Translations under genes and position numbers: made by a program | Shown here: one piece after another, positions 1 to 10,700 of the stretch | How the letters are laid out: each line of letters starts with the position of its first letter | Position numbering within the stretch: position 1 is the stretch's first letter | The notes under the pieces: generated by a model | Told to the model about the DNA's origin: nothing | The model's database searches: none | What the model saw: only the letters and a program-made list of their open reading frames with translations | Assembly (NCBI GenBank): GCA_963675595.2 | Contig: CAXXLZ010000002.1 | Coordinates: forward strand, 96,001-160,000 | Source: Thermodesulfobacteriota bacterium | GTDB lineage: Bacteria > Desulfobacterota > Desulfarculia > JACQYL01 | Reading direction: 5' to 3' | Length of the DNA stretch: 64,000 nt

Positions 1-399
1 CGATTCCGTGATGCTGTACTCAAGCAGCTTGTCCTTCCTGTTCAAGGCCTGAAGCAATACGGAATACATCAGGTTATTGCGGCCCATCTTTCCCAACTCC
101 TTTTCGATATCCACGGAGTTGAGATCGTTCTTGATCGCCGGCTGGTTCGGGACCACCAGGTCCGGAACTATTTCGGAAATGGATTCCGAATGTCCCAAGT
201 GATTCTTGTGAGTCTTTTTCAAACTCATGGAGTCCGACCCGACCGCGGCCCTCAGCTTGTTCTCAAAGGAAATATCCTTGCTTCGATAACCCGGCGTGTT
301 GATGTTGGCGATGTTTCCCGCGATCAATCCGTGTCGCTGTAAACGGAAATCCAGGGCTTTTTCTACCAGCGCCTTCATGCGTTCATCGTTGATTTCCAT
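1..399 (-). CDS. flgB: Flagellar basal-body rod protein FlgB (3' end runs off the window)
   Basis: Manual translation MEINDERMKALVEKALDFRLQRHGLIAGNIANINTPGYRSKDISFE...NSVDIEKE...NNLMY; NIAN-TPGY rod motif. Not in ORF track because no stop lies inside the window. Confidence 0.93.
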   Translation of the reverse strand, partial: MEINDERMKALVEKALDFRLQRHGLIAGNIANINTPGYRSKDISFENKLRAAVGSDSMSLKKTHKNHLGHSESISEIVPDLVVPNQPAIKNDLNSVDIEKELGKMGRNNLMYSVLLQALNRKDKLLEYSITES

Positions 400-425
400 A
401 CCGAGAACCTCCTATCGCCGATGAA

Positions 426-441
426 AGCAATATCCGTGCCC
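426..441 (-). promoter_or_regulatory. sigma54 -24/-12 promoter for flgB operon
   Basis: Minus strand GGGCACGGATATTGCT fits TGGCAC-N5-TTGC (GG-N10-GC), just upstream of flgB. Confidence 0.8.
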
Positions 442-464
442 CGGCTTCAATCCGCTGGAAACAG

Positions 465-494
465 AAAAAAAGAAACCGGCCTCTCGGCCGGTTC
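465..494 (-). terminator. Rho-independent terminator after sigma54 regulator
   Basis: AACCGGCC-4 nt loop-GGCCGGTT stem followed on the minus strand by TCTTTTTTT. Confidence 0.8.
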
Positions 495-523
495 ATTGAA
501 GCGAAATCGTTTGATTCATAACG

Positions 524-1918
524 TCAGATATCGGGAATCTCTCCCTTCTCCCGGTATTCATTGATCTTATTGCGCAGAGTCCGAATGCTGATCCCGAGCA
601 TTTTGGCGGCGTGTGTCCGGTTGCCGTCCACCTTGCTCAAAGTATGCAGAATCATGCTCTTTTCCACCTCTCTCATTGTATGCCCGGCCTGAAATGTGAT
701 TACGTCTTCGGAAACCGTCCGGGTCGCCTGCACCGCGACGGGCTCGTCGAAAAGCAACAAATGCTCCCGGTCGATGGGCTCGTCCAAGGAAATCAGTACC
801 GCCCGTTCAATCGTGTTCTGAAGCTCCCTCACATTTCCGTTCCAATCGTGAGCGGCTAACGCCTCCATGGCACCTTTCGTCAATTCTTTGACCGCCTTGC
901 CGTTTCGCTCACAGGCCTCCTCGGTGAAGTGACGAATGAGGAGAGGAATATCTTCCGTTCGCTCCCGAAGCGGCGGAATCCGCAGTGGGATCACATTCAA
1001 CCGATAATACAAGTCCTCCCGAAACCTCCCCTCGCTCACTTCCTTCTTCAGATCCCGGTTGGTCGTGGCCACCACCCGTACATCCAGCCTCATGGACTTT
1101 CTGCCGCCCACCCGAGTAATTTCGTATTCCTGCAATACCCGGAGGAGCTTGGCTTGAAGGGGGACCGCCATTTCACTGATTTCGTCCAGCAGCAGGGTCC
1201 CACGGTCCGCCAATTCGAACTTTCCGACGCGCTGATAGACCGCACCCGTGAAGGCTCCCTTCTCGTGGCCGAATAATTCGCTTTCAAGCAGGTTGTCCGG
1301 AATGGCGGCACAATTGACTGCGACAAACAGACCGATGGAGCGATTTCCCGATTCGTGCAGAAGCTTGGCGAACAGTTCTTTGCCGGTGCCGCTTTCTCCT
1401 TGAATGAGAACGCACGCACGGCTTGAAGCCACGCTCCGTGTCAGTTCGATGAGACGCAGCATGGTGGGGTTCTGAGTGACTATGACCGGACCTTCCCGAG
1501 TCCCGGACACGGCCCGACTTCGCGTTCTTTCTTGCTTGCGCTCGGAAATGGCGCTCAACAGCGTTTCCACCTCTTCCGGAGGAAACGGTTTCTGCAAGAA
1601 ATCAAGCGCCCCGCTTTTCATGGCTTCAACGGCCGTCTCCACATCACGACGTCCGGACATGAGAATCACCGGCGGCTCTTCACCCACCTCGCGAATCTTC
1701 CTCAGAAGATATAGGCCGTCTTTCGCCGGCAGGTCGAAGTCGGCTATCACGAGGTCGAGGGCCCCCTCGTTCACTATCTTCAGAGCCTGACTTGCGTTCT
1801 CAGCGATTTCAACCGTGCAGCCCGCAAGATCAAGCACCTGCTTCAACGCGTTTCGCGTCTCCGGTCCGCTGTCCACCACCAGAACTCGGGCTTCCATCCG
1901 CACATTATCCTCGATCAT
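524..1918 (-). CDS. sigma54-dependent response regulator (REC-AAA-HTH), FleR/FlrC-like
   Basis: [35 protein letters not shown]-terminal Fis HTH; next to flgB. Confidence 0.9.
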   Translation of the reverse strand: MIEDNVRMEARVLVVDSGPETRNALKQVLDLAGCTVEIAENASQALKIVNEGALDLVIADFDLPAKDGLYLLRKIREVGEEPPVILMSGRRDVETAVEAMKSGALDFLQKPFPPEEVETLLSAISERKQERTRSRAVSGTREGPVIVTQNPTMLRLIELTRSVASSRACVLIQGESGTGKELFAKLLHESGNRSIGLFVAVNCAAIPDNLLESELFGHEKGAFTGAVYQRVGKFELADRGTLLLDEISEMAVPLQAKLLRVLQEYEITRVGGRKSMRLDVRVVATTNRDLKKEVSEGRFREDLYYRLNVIPLRIPPLRERTEDIPLLIRHFTEEACERNGKAVKELTKGAMEALAAHDWNGNVRELQNTIERAVLISLDEPIDREHLLLFDEPVAVQATRTVSEDVITFQAGHTMREVEKSMILHTLSKVDGNRTHAAKMLGISIRTLRNKINEYREKGEIPDI

Positions 1919-1929
1919 CCTCGAATTCT

Positions 1930-4827
1930 CTAAAGGGCTTCCAGCTCTCCCCTCAGTTTGGATGCTTGATCCATGGCCTGCGCAACCATGGGCCAGATAT
2001 CCGATTTCCCGAATTCGGAAAGTCGTTTCAACGAACTCTTGAACCCATCTTGATCACCCAGCTTCCGCTCCAGAAGAGCCGTTCGATAAGCGGCCCATGC
2101 CCGGTCCGACTCAGGTGCCTTTGATTCTATCACTTCAGAGTAAAGAGAACGAGCAACTTCGTCGGCGCCCTGTTTCGCTAGTTCATCCGCAAGAAACAGG
2201 TTGCAGTCCGTCAGGAACCGGGTGGCGTATTCCGGTTCCGAGTCTTCCGGAAGCAGGGTTCGCGCTCTGTTGACAAAGTGCACCGCATTGGAGGTCAGCC
2301 CGGTCTCTTTGTAGAGCTTTCCGAGATCAAAGGAGGCTTTGGCGGCCACAAGGTCGCCTCCGGCCTTCCCCGGGGGAATCAGCTCGGAAAAAGTCGCCGC
2401 GGCTGCAGGATAATCAAGCGCCCGCCACAAATGTTCAGCCAACTGCAATTGGAATTCCCGCCTATTCTTCCCATTGGGAAACCGCTCGATATAGGTTCGG
2501 AGCAGGCGGGCGGCGTCTTCGCTGTTGCCTCTGAGCGTTTCCCAACGAAACAGGTCCGACAACGCGGCCTGCTCCAAGTGGGGATTCGAAGTCGTCTCGA
2601 TCGCTTTTTCCCCGAGATTCACCGCTTCCTTAAGCAAGTCCAATGCGGCATAGCTCTCGGCTAGATTATAAAGCAGGAAATCGTCCTCGGTTGCAATACC
2701 CATGGGAAGAAAAACGGTTTCATAAGTCTTCACGACATCAAAATCGTCCTTGTCCCGTTTCATCAGCATAACCAACCGCCGGAATACGGGCGTCACTTCC
2801 TCCCTGGCTTTGACGCTCAAAGGGCTGTCCGGAAATTCCCTCAACAGTTCGGCATAAGTATCCAGGGATCGACGATACCGTGCCAGTTCCATCTGCCCCC
2901 GGGCGAGGGCGTAATATACCTCATCAAGTATTTCGAGCGGCGCTGTCTGAACCATTCGCCGGAGTACCTCTATAGGTTCCAGTATGGTGTCGATCTGACT
3001 CGGAGGAAGATCCGCGCGAATCGGCATCTTCGCAATGGCCATTTGAGCAAGGCGAATCCTTGCCCGATACGCCAACGGGGTTTCGGGAAAAAGCTCCGCC
3101 AAGAGCGCGTAGGTGGTGGCCGCTTTGTCCACTTCGCCAGCATTATCATAGGAACGCGCCAATTCCATCAGAGCTTCATTGGCCTCTTCGCTGTCGGGAT
3201 GAATGTTTACCGCCATCAGGAACAAATCCGTGGCGTCCCCTATCCGATTCTTGGCCCTCAGACTTCGGCCCATGGTAAGCAGCGTTCCCGCCGATAGTTG
3301 AACCAGAAGCTCGGGCCATTCCTTGAAAGCTCGTTCAAAAATGGTTTCGGCTTCATCGGGCTTCCCCAGAAACGCCAAGCATTCACCGTACCTAACCAGT
3401 GCACGCTTGTAAAGCTCGCTGTCCGGATACTTGTTCATCAGTCGGCTGTAAGCAGCCCGAGCCTCATCGTATCTCCGCACCTGGAAAGCCGCTTCTCCTT
3501 CCCAGAACAGGGCCTCTTCCGCCCGGGGACTCGTGGGAAAGCGATTGAGTACGCGCCGAAACTGTCCCAGTGCCTCGTAATAAAGGCCAAGTCTCATGTA
3601 GGCTTTTCCCGCCCGCAGAATGGCATCGGGCAACCATGGAGCATCGGGCACCTTAGCGGCTGCGTCCATGAACGCGTCCACTACGGCATCGAACTCAACC
3701 TTCCCTTCCTCTGCCAGGATTTCCAGCCAAAGGGCTCTCAAATAGAGCCCTTCCTCATGCACTTCTCTGGGCGGATTCTCACGGAGAGTTCTCTCCAGGG
3801 AACGAAGAGCCTCCTCAACCCTTCCCATCTCCACCAGCAATCGTTCCTTGCCGAAACTCACCTGCGATACCGGAAGCTTGGATTCCTCCGACTCCTCAGC
3901 CACGGGAACCCGCACTTTCTTCCTCAGTTCGTGTGTGCTTTGTGAGGGTACTTTTCCGGAATGGCGCTCCGGTTCCTGGGCGTTGGCGCGACGAACCTCC
4001 CAAAAGCCGGAGGAGGAGGTCGGCTCGCCCCCTTCCGCGTCGGATTCGGATGGACGTATGATCTGTGCGACTTCCCCGGACGGTGACGGAAACCCGGGCA
4101 GTCCACGAGTCGCGCCTTCCCGAGCTTCGCCTGCGATGCTTCCGGAGACGGCGGCCACGACCGGCTCTCCCGACGGCGGGCCGGTGTTCACAGGTCCCTC
4201 CGCCGCAGAGGGAGAAACCGGGTCATTGCTCCGCAGAGCATGAGCGGTCGAAGTCGACGAAGCGGTCGCCGGTTTGGCGCCTTCCGCCCCGGACACGGGA
4301 CCCTTCCCTTCCGCGTTGTTCGCTCTCCGCTCGGTTCGATCTTCCTGCCGTGCGTTCGAGCTCTTGGGTTCGGCGCTTTCCGAAGCCTTCACGGTACTGA
4401 AATCCATAAACAACCGCGGAGGATCGGGCAAAATGCCTTGGCCTGCCAGTCTTAAGTCCGAACGCACGTCCAGGATGCAGTCGAGGCGGTGATTCGATTT
4501 GGGATTCAGCTCAACCCGACCGACATCCTTCGGCAGAAGAATGTCTTTGGCCGTGACGCCCGATTCCACATCGAATAAGTGAACCCTGAATCGATTTGGA
4601 TTTCTGTGCGTCAATACATATTGGGGTTCCGCCGAAAAGTCCAATACGATCCGAACTCCGTCCGTCGTTTTCCCAAATCGTATGTTTTTCAGCATTCCCG
4701 TGGGTTTTTTTGCTCCCTTAGCCTCCTTTATGGGTGCAAACGTGCAGCACAACGCAAGGCATACAAGGAGGGTCACCCACATATCCCGAGCGCTTCTTCC
4801 CGCCTGACTTGTCCGTATTTCTTTCAT
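1930..4827 (-). CDS. Exported AMIN-like domain + low-complexity linker + TPR-repeat protein
   Basis: N-terminal hydrophobic segment, RIVLDFS...PPRLFMDF (AMIN-like), Ala/Ser/Pro/Gly linker, many TPR repeats (FPTSPRAEEA, YPDSELYKRA). Confidence 0.75.
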   Translation of the reverse strand: MKEIRTSQAGRSARDMWVTLLVCLALCCTFAPIKEAKGAKKPTGMLKNIRFGKTTDGVRIVLDFSAEPQYVLTHRNPNRFRVHLFDVESGVTAKDILLPKDVGRVELNPKSNHRLDCILDVRSDLRLAGQGILPDPPRLFMDFSTVKASESAEPKSSNARQEDRTERRANNAEGKGPVSGAEGAKPATASSTSTAHALRSNDPVSPSAAEGPVNTGPPSGEPVVAAVSGSIAGEAREGATRGLPGFPSPSGEVAQIIRPSESDAEGGEPTSSSGFWEVRRANAQEPERHSGKVPSQSTHELRKKVRVPVAEESEESKLPVSQVSFGKERLLVEMGRVEEALRSLERTLRENPPREVHEEGLYLRALWLEILAEEGKVEFDAVVDAFMDAAAKVPDAPWLPDAILRAGKAYMRLGLYYEALGQFRRVLNRFPTSPRAEEALFWEGEAAFQVRRYDEARAAYSRLMNKYPDSELYKRALVRYGECLAFLGKPDEAETIFERAFKEWPELLVQLSAGTLLTMGRSLRAKNRIGDATDLFLMAVNIHPDSEEANEALMELARSYDNAGEVDKAATTYALLAELFPETPLAYRARIRLAQMAIAKMPIRADLPPSQIDTILEPIEVLRRMVQTAPLEILDEVYYALARGQMELARYRRSLDTYAELLREFPDSPLSVKAREEVTPVFRRLVMLMKRDKDDFDVVKTYETVFLPMGIATEDDFLLYNLAESYAALDLLKEAVNLGEKAIETTSNPHLEQAALSDLFRWETLRGNSEDAARLLRTYIERFPNGKNRREFQLQLAEHLWRALDYPAAAATFSELIPPGKAGGDLVAAKASFDLGKLYKETGLTSNAVHFVNRARTLLPEDSEPEYATRFLTDCNLFLADELAKQGADEVARSLYSEVIESKAPESDRAWAAYRTALLERKLGDQDGFKSSLKRLSEFGKSDIWPMVAQAMDQASKLRGELEAL

Positions 4828-4907
4828 GGCATTGGGACTTCTTTGAAAAGGATGGATGTGGTTCGACGCCGCCGCCGGCGCATCTGCGGCTCACGAAGCA
4901 CATACCG

Positions 4908-4922
4908 GCAATTTCCATGCCA
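4908..4922 (-). promoter_or_regulatory. sigma54 promoter for TPR-regulator operon
   Basis: Minus strand TGGCATGGAAATTGC. Confidence 0.8.
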
Positions 4923-5101
4923 CACCGGCCGAGCCGGATGTTGTGGATCAAGCATCCAGAACCGTTTTCGCTTCAACACGCACGGTGCGGGAGAGTTGCG
5001 AATGAACGCCGCAGAACGACATGCGACAAGTCGGGTCGGAAAATGTAAGGATTGGGGCGATGAAAATATACGGCGGAGTAGGTCGTCAAAACATTGACGG
5101 A

Positions 5102-6511
5102 TCAGTTCTTGACCTGGGCGTCTTTTTCCAAATTGATCCGCTTCATCTTCTCAACAAGCGTGGTTCGCTTCATATCCAGAAGTTTTGCAGCCCGATTCTT
5201 CACCCAATTGGTTCGATCCAGCGCCTCCAGGATCAACTGGCGCTCGAAATTGGTGACGGCGGTGCTGAAATTCACCTCCCCCTGGTGAAACTGACCCCTA
5301 ACCTGCTCGGACACCTCGGGCACCAAAGATTCGTCGGTTTCGAAGGCTCCGAACGGGCCCTCCGGCAGGTCCTCGAGCCGCACCAGTCCTCCGTCCTTCA
5401 TAATGACGGCCCGCTCAATAATGTTTTCCAGTTCTCGAACGTTTCCCGGCCAGTGGTACTCCATGAATGCCGCCGTCACTTCTTCGGAAAAGCCCTCAAT
5501 ATCATGCTCCCTCTTGAAGCGGAACCGCTCCAGGATGGTTTGGGCCAACAATGGAATATCCGATTTTCGCTCGCGAAGGGGCGGGACCTCAATGGGAAAG
5601 ACGTTCAAACGGTAGTAAAGGTCCTCTCTGAATCTTTTCTCCTGAATGGCCGCCGGCAGGTCTTGGTGAGTAGCCGCGATGACCCGCACATCCACTCGGA
5701 TGGGTCCGCCGCCGCCCACACGATCGATGGTCCGTTCCTGGAGAACCCGTAACATCTTGACCTGTAAGGTCAGAGGCATGTCGCCGATCTCGTCGAGGAA
5801 GATGGTCCCCTTATCCGCCATCTCAAATCGACCGATCCGTGTCCGGTGGGCCCCTGTGAAAGCGCCCTTCTCAAACCCGAACAGCTCGCTCTCCAGAAGT
5901 TCCGGGGGAATGGCCCCGCAGTTGAGAGCCACGAGATTCCCTTCGTTACGAGCGCTCAGGTGATGAATCGCTTTGGCGATCAGTTCCTTTCCCGTACCGC
6001 TTTCTCCATGGATCAAGACGGTGCTGTCCGTGGGCGCCACGCGTCTGACCATGTTCAATACGCGCTGCATGCCCAGGGATTCGCCCACGATCGAGTCCAA
6101 ATCGAAGGCCGAGGAGTTCTTTTTGACCTGGTTTTCCACTCGTCTTTTCCGGAGAGCCTCGGAAAGAATGAGCGGAATTTTCTCCAATTCGGAACTCTTG
6201 TCCAAATAGTTCACTGCGCCGAGGCGCATGAATTCCACCGCCGCCTGCACAGAGGGAGTTGATGACCAAACAATTACCGTGGATTCCGGATCGGATCGCC
6301 TGATAAGTTTCAGCGTCTCCGTTCCCTCAAGGTCGGAAGGATTCGAATCGCACAAGATCAGATCGAAAGTCCGTCCCTGGAGAAGATTCAACGTTTCCGC
6401 GCAGCTCCGCGCGATTTCCACGCAACCTTCGGAGCTTTGAAGTCTGCCCGATAGTTCTTGGGCAAGACTTTCGTCGCTTTCCACGATCAGAATACTTGGA
6501 GATTTGGACAT
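5102..6511 (-). CDS. sigma54-dependent response regulator, FleQ/FlrA-like
   Basis: REC + [14 protein letters not shown] + HTH ending RTTLVEKM; start placed at ATG 6511 (MSKSPSILIV). Confidence 0.88.
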   Translation of the reverse strand: MSKSPSILIVESDESLAQELSGRLQSSEGCVEIARSCAETLNLLQGRTFDLILCDSNPSDLEGTETLKLIRRSDPESTVIVWSSTPSVQAAVEFMRLGAVNYLDKSSELEKIPLILSEALRKRRVENQVKKNSSAFDLDSIVGESLGMQRVLNMVRRVAPTDSTVLIHGESGTGKELIAKAIHHLSARNEGNLVALNCGAIPPELLESELFGFEKGAFTGAHRTRIGRFEMADKGTIFLDEIGDMPLTLQVKMLRVLQERTIDRVGGGGPIRVDVRVIAATHQDLPAAIQEKRFREDLYYRLNVFPIEVPPLRERKSDIPLLAQTILERFRFKREHDIEGFSEEVTAAFMEYHWPGNVRELENIIERAVIMKDGGLVRLEDLPEGPFGAFETDESLVPEVSEQVRGQFHQGEVNFSTAVTNFERQLILEALDRTNWVKNRAAKLLDMKRTTLVEKMKRINLEKDAQVKN

Positions 6512-6756
6512 GTGACGAAAAACCGCCTTGGAAGTGTACGGTCGAATCGGGGCCGCACCGACGACCACCGGCGCGTTCGTTCGGAAAATCCCGAGCCGAA
6601 GATCATGGAATTATAGAGAACCCTGCGACCACCTTCAAGGTTTTTAACATTCGGGGAAATCGTGGTATCGTGAGCCGTATGGAACAGGTAGGCGATGGTT
6701 TGCGCGGATCCGGAAGATTTGAAGATCATTCCGAAGACCCGAAGAGTATTAAGCAA

Positions 6757-7422
6757 TCATGCCTTGGTACTGAATTTCTTATCTTCGCGTTCCTGAGAGG
6801 TTCCGCTGATGATTTTGGACTCCTCTTCGGAAGACTTCCGAGGCAGCATGGGAGCGGAAGGACCCACCAGAAAGGGAAACTGCTGGAACAAGGCGCTTAG
6901 GTTTTCTTCGTGCTCCAACAACTTAGTCCGGGTCTCCTCCAATTCCAAGCGGAGTTCCTCGTTCCCCTTTTCCAGCTCATCCGTTCGCTTCCTGGCTTCC
7001 GACAATTCGGACTGTAATTGCTTGTTTGCCCGTTGAAGCTGAATTTTCTCTCGAACATTTTTGAGCAACAGCCTAAGCTCTTCGAGCTTAAAAGGCTTGG
7101 TCAAATAATCATAGGCGCCCATCCGGATAGCCTCAACCAGCGTCTCCATGCTGCCGAAACCGGCAATAATCACCACCAGGACGTCCGGTCGTTTGATCTT
7201 TGCCGCGCGCAGAAGATCCATACCGTTTCTGTGGGGAATCAGCAGGTCCGTAACGATCACGTCATAGTCGTTTTCGAGAATCATCCGGATGGCCTCAGAG
7301 CCGTCGCCACAGACGTCCACGGACATTTCCGCACTCGTCATGAGCTCGGCAATAATTTCCTGATGAATCTCGTCCCCTTCAGACAGAAGGGCTCTGATTT
7401 TTTCTTGGTCTTCCGTATTCAA
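6757..7422 (-). CDS. Response regulator with C-terminal coiled coil
   Basis: YDVIVTDL...GAYDYLTKPF receiver followed by heptad-rich tail. Confidence 0.8.
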   Translation of the reverse strand: MNTEDQEKIRALLSEGDEIHQEIIAELMTSAEMSVDVCGDGSEAIRMILENDYDVIVTDLLIPHRNGMDLLRAAKIKRPDVLVVIIAGFGSMETLVEAIRMGAYDYLTKPFKLEELRLLLKNVREKIQLQRANKQLQSELSEARKRTDELEKGNEELRLELEETRTKLLEHEENLSALFQQFPFLVGPSAPMLPRKSSEEESKIISGTSQEREDKKFSTKA

Positions 7423-7639
7423 TTGAAATCACTATGATTTTGTTCGAGAGCCAGAGTAGGGCCGGCAGGCCCGCTTTTTGCAAACCCATAAGACCGGCTT
7501 GCATACAAAACAATCGCAATGAACGAACACGAGTCGATCGGACGCAGGACAGGCCCCAGCGGAAGATGGGTGCAGCCGTCCCTTTCGTTCCTCGCATTCG
7601 TATATCGGAAAAACTTGCCCTTTTCTTTACCGCAAGGAG

Positions 7640-7666
7640 TCAAGTTTTCCAAATCAAATCCGATAT
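7640..7666 (+). promoter_or_regulatory. sigma28 (FliA) promoter for fliD operon
   Basis: TCAA-N15-TCCGATAT vs consensus TAAA-N15-GCCGATAA, upstream of fliD RBS. Confidence 0.75.
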
Positions 7667-7719
7667 CATAACCGACGCCCGATGAAGGGAGAGGTTTATC
7701 GGGAAGGAGGAGAGGAGCT

Positions 7720-10700
7720 ATGGCAATCCAGCTGGGTGGACTAGCGACCGGCATGGATACCCAAACCATCATCGAAACGCTGATGACTCAGGCCAAGCAG
7801 CCGCTTCTTCGCCTTGAGGACGAGAAGACGGCGATCCTCCTGAAGAAAAGCATTTTCGAGAGTGTGGAGGACGACTTGACCACCTTTCGTCGTTCCCTTC
7901 TCACGATGCGTCTGGAATCCACCTACAAGTCGAAGTTGACGTCCACTTCGGATTCGACGGCTCTTTCGGCGGATGCAACCGTTGAAGCTCAGGCCGGGAC
8001 CTACTCCCTCGAGATCGACCAGGTTGCTTCGCCCGCCATCGCCCGGAGTCTTTATACCAGGACTTCGCTGGCTACCGAGCCCGCCAACTCCATCGGAGTC
8101 GAGTCGGTTTCGGGAAGGCCCACGGACAACTTGGAAGGTACTCACGAAATCACAATTACCAACCAAGGAACCTATTACCGGGCCAGGTCGGAATTCGAAC
8201 CTTCGGGAGGAGGATCGATCCGAACCCTCAGCGGCACCACGGAAATGGAGAGTTCCCTGAACGAAGGGACCATAGGAACCACCATCGACAGCTCCAACAA
8301 CATACTCCGTGTAACCTTGGCCGGTGAAACGGTGGAAGTCACCCTCGACTCGGCCACCGCGGATGTGACCGCCACCGCCAGGGTGGCCGCGGATATAGAG
8401 GATAAGTTGAACGAAGCCCTCAACACCGCGAAAGATACCCAGGACGTCACCTACGTGGCTGTTCGGACTTCCAGAGATGCCTCTACGGATTCCGATCAAC
8501 TGATGATCTACGACCTTTCGGGCACCACCACCGCGCCCGTGATCGAAACCGTAGCCAACACCGCCGCCACGGCCTTGGGCTTCGGAGCGTCGTCGCCCTA
8601 CGGAATCTCAGGCACGGCAAGCCGCATTATCACGGACGTTACGGCCACTTCTCTGGAGAATCTGGCCATCGAAATCAACGAGGTCAACACCGGACTGATC
8701 CGTGGAGTGACCTTCTCCGTCGAAGATGACGGCCTCACCACCGGAAATGCTTACGTGCATACCAACGCCGGATTGAACGCTCTCGGAGCGGTCCCTTCCA
8801 TCGTCTACGGTGCGGAAGACGTATCTTCGGCGTCGGGAGGCTTGGACACCATGGTCGTGGGGCTGGAAAACGCAGGTTTCGACGAAACGCCTTCTTCGAG
8901 CACCAACGGAACTTTTACGATCAACGGCGCCGAGATCACCATCAACAACTACCAAAGTCTCAGCGTCGATGCGGTCCTCGGCCTCATCAACGGAAGCGCC
9001 GCCGGCGTCACGGCCACCTACGACGAAGACAACGATCGAATCCTCCTCACAAGCAATGAAGATACCGGCTCCGCCATCACCTTGGGAGACACGGCCGATA
9101 CCAGCGATTTCCTCACCATCGCCAAATTGACGTCCGTACAGGGCGCTTCTTCCAGCGTCGGCAGCTACGGGGGCGGTATCAGTACGTCCAGCGCCCTCGA
9201 CGAGGCCGGTTTGACGCTGACTCCCACCAGCGGGACCTTCACCATCAACGGGGTCACCTTGTTCGTCGAGTCCAGCAGCGACACGATCCAAGACCTGGTG
9301 GATCTCATCAACAACTCCAGTGCCGGAGTGACCGCATCCTACGATACGATAACGGACAAGTTCTCTCTGCGCTCCAAAATGGGGGGCGTAAGCACCAATG
9401 CGGACAAAATCGAGTTGGGCTCCGTCACGGACAGCAGCAACATTCTGAGAGCTCTGAACCTTGTGGACGACCTGACTCCTTCCTACACCAGCGCCTCCGT
9501 GGTCAACGGCGTACGTGCCGATCAGGACACCATATCCATCACCCGCACAGGCTATTCCACGCCCGTGGAAATTTACGTACCCGCCACACTGAGCACCGGG
9601 GCCTACCAGGAAACGGCGGGCACCATCAACTGGATCGACGGCATCGACGCCGGTTCCGTCTTCAATGTGCTGGCCGGAGACACGGGTACTTCAGGGGCCA
9701 CCTGGACAAACTCTCTAAGTTCCGCCATCACGGATATCGACACATTTGTGAGCGAGTGGAACGACAGCGGCAACTGGAGCACCGGATACGTGGAAGTGGG
9801 CGTCATCAAGGAGGGCGACGACCAACTCAGATTCTTCAACCGTTCCGACGGAGATGGGGCGAGCGGCGCGAGTTTTACCATCACGGCGCCCAACGCCTAC
9901 GACTTGTATGAGCTGGGCTTGGCCGCTCCGGGAGCCTCTTCGGCCGCCTTCACCAATACCGACTCCGGCGTGGACGCCGAGTATAACGCCTTGGTTCACG
10001 CCTTTGCCATCAATCAGGGAGGCAGCATCGCCAAGGCCCGAACGGACGATTCCGGGCACCTCATTCTTTATTCGAATACCGTCGGATATTATGGTGGTTT
10101 TACCGCTGCAGACAGTGCGTCGGGGGACTCGGTGGCGAGCTATTTTGGAACCTCCTCCGTCCAAGTGAGCGCAGACGAGGACGTGGAAAGCGGCACGAGA
10201 GGCCAAGACGCCGTGTTTACCGTCGACGGTGTCGGGTATACGAGGTCCACCAACACGGTGGACGACGTGATCGGAGGCGTGACTCTCAAGCTGCAAGCCC
10301 CCTCTTCGGGACCCGTGACGTTGACCATCGAAAACGATACGGAAAAGGCGGTTGATGCCTTGGTCGACTTCATCGTTCAATACAACGAGACTCTCCAACT
10401 GCTGAACCCGCCGATTTTGGACGACGACCAGAGGAAGTACCTCGATCCTCTGACCGACGACGAAAAACTGGACATGACGGTGAATGAGTACGAAGAGTAT
10501 ATGTACCACTATACCACTTACAACTCGTATCAATACATCCGGAAAGAGGGCTCCCTACGTTTGCTTTATTCCGACATGAGAAGCTATGTTTCAGGTGTCG
10601 TAGACGGCCTGGGAAGCTCACTCAACAGCCTGAGTCTGTTGGACATTACCGCGGGATCCATCGGAGGATTTGAGGACGCCAAAGACGGCTATCTGCTGCT

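Noticed and set aside
1915-1932. TAG read-through joining the TPR protein to the downstream regulator
   Set aside because: Only O-RIRG follows before TGA; the regulator is in another frame
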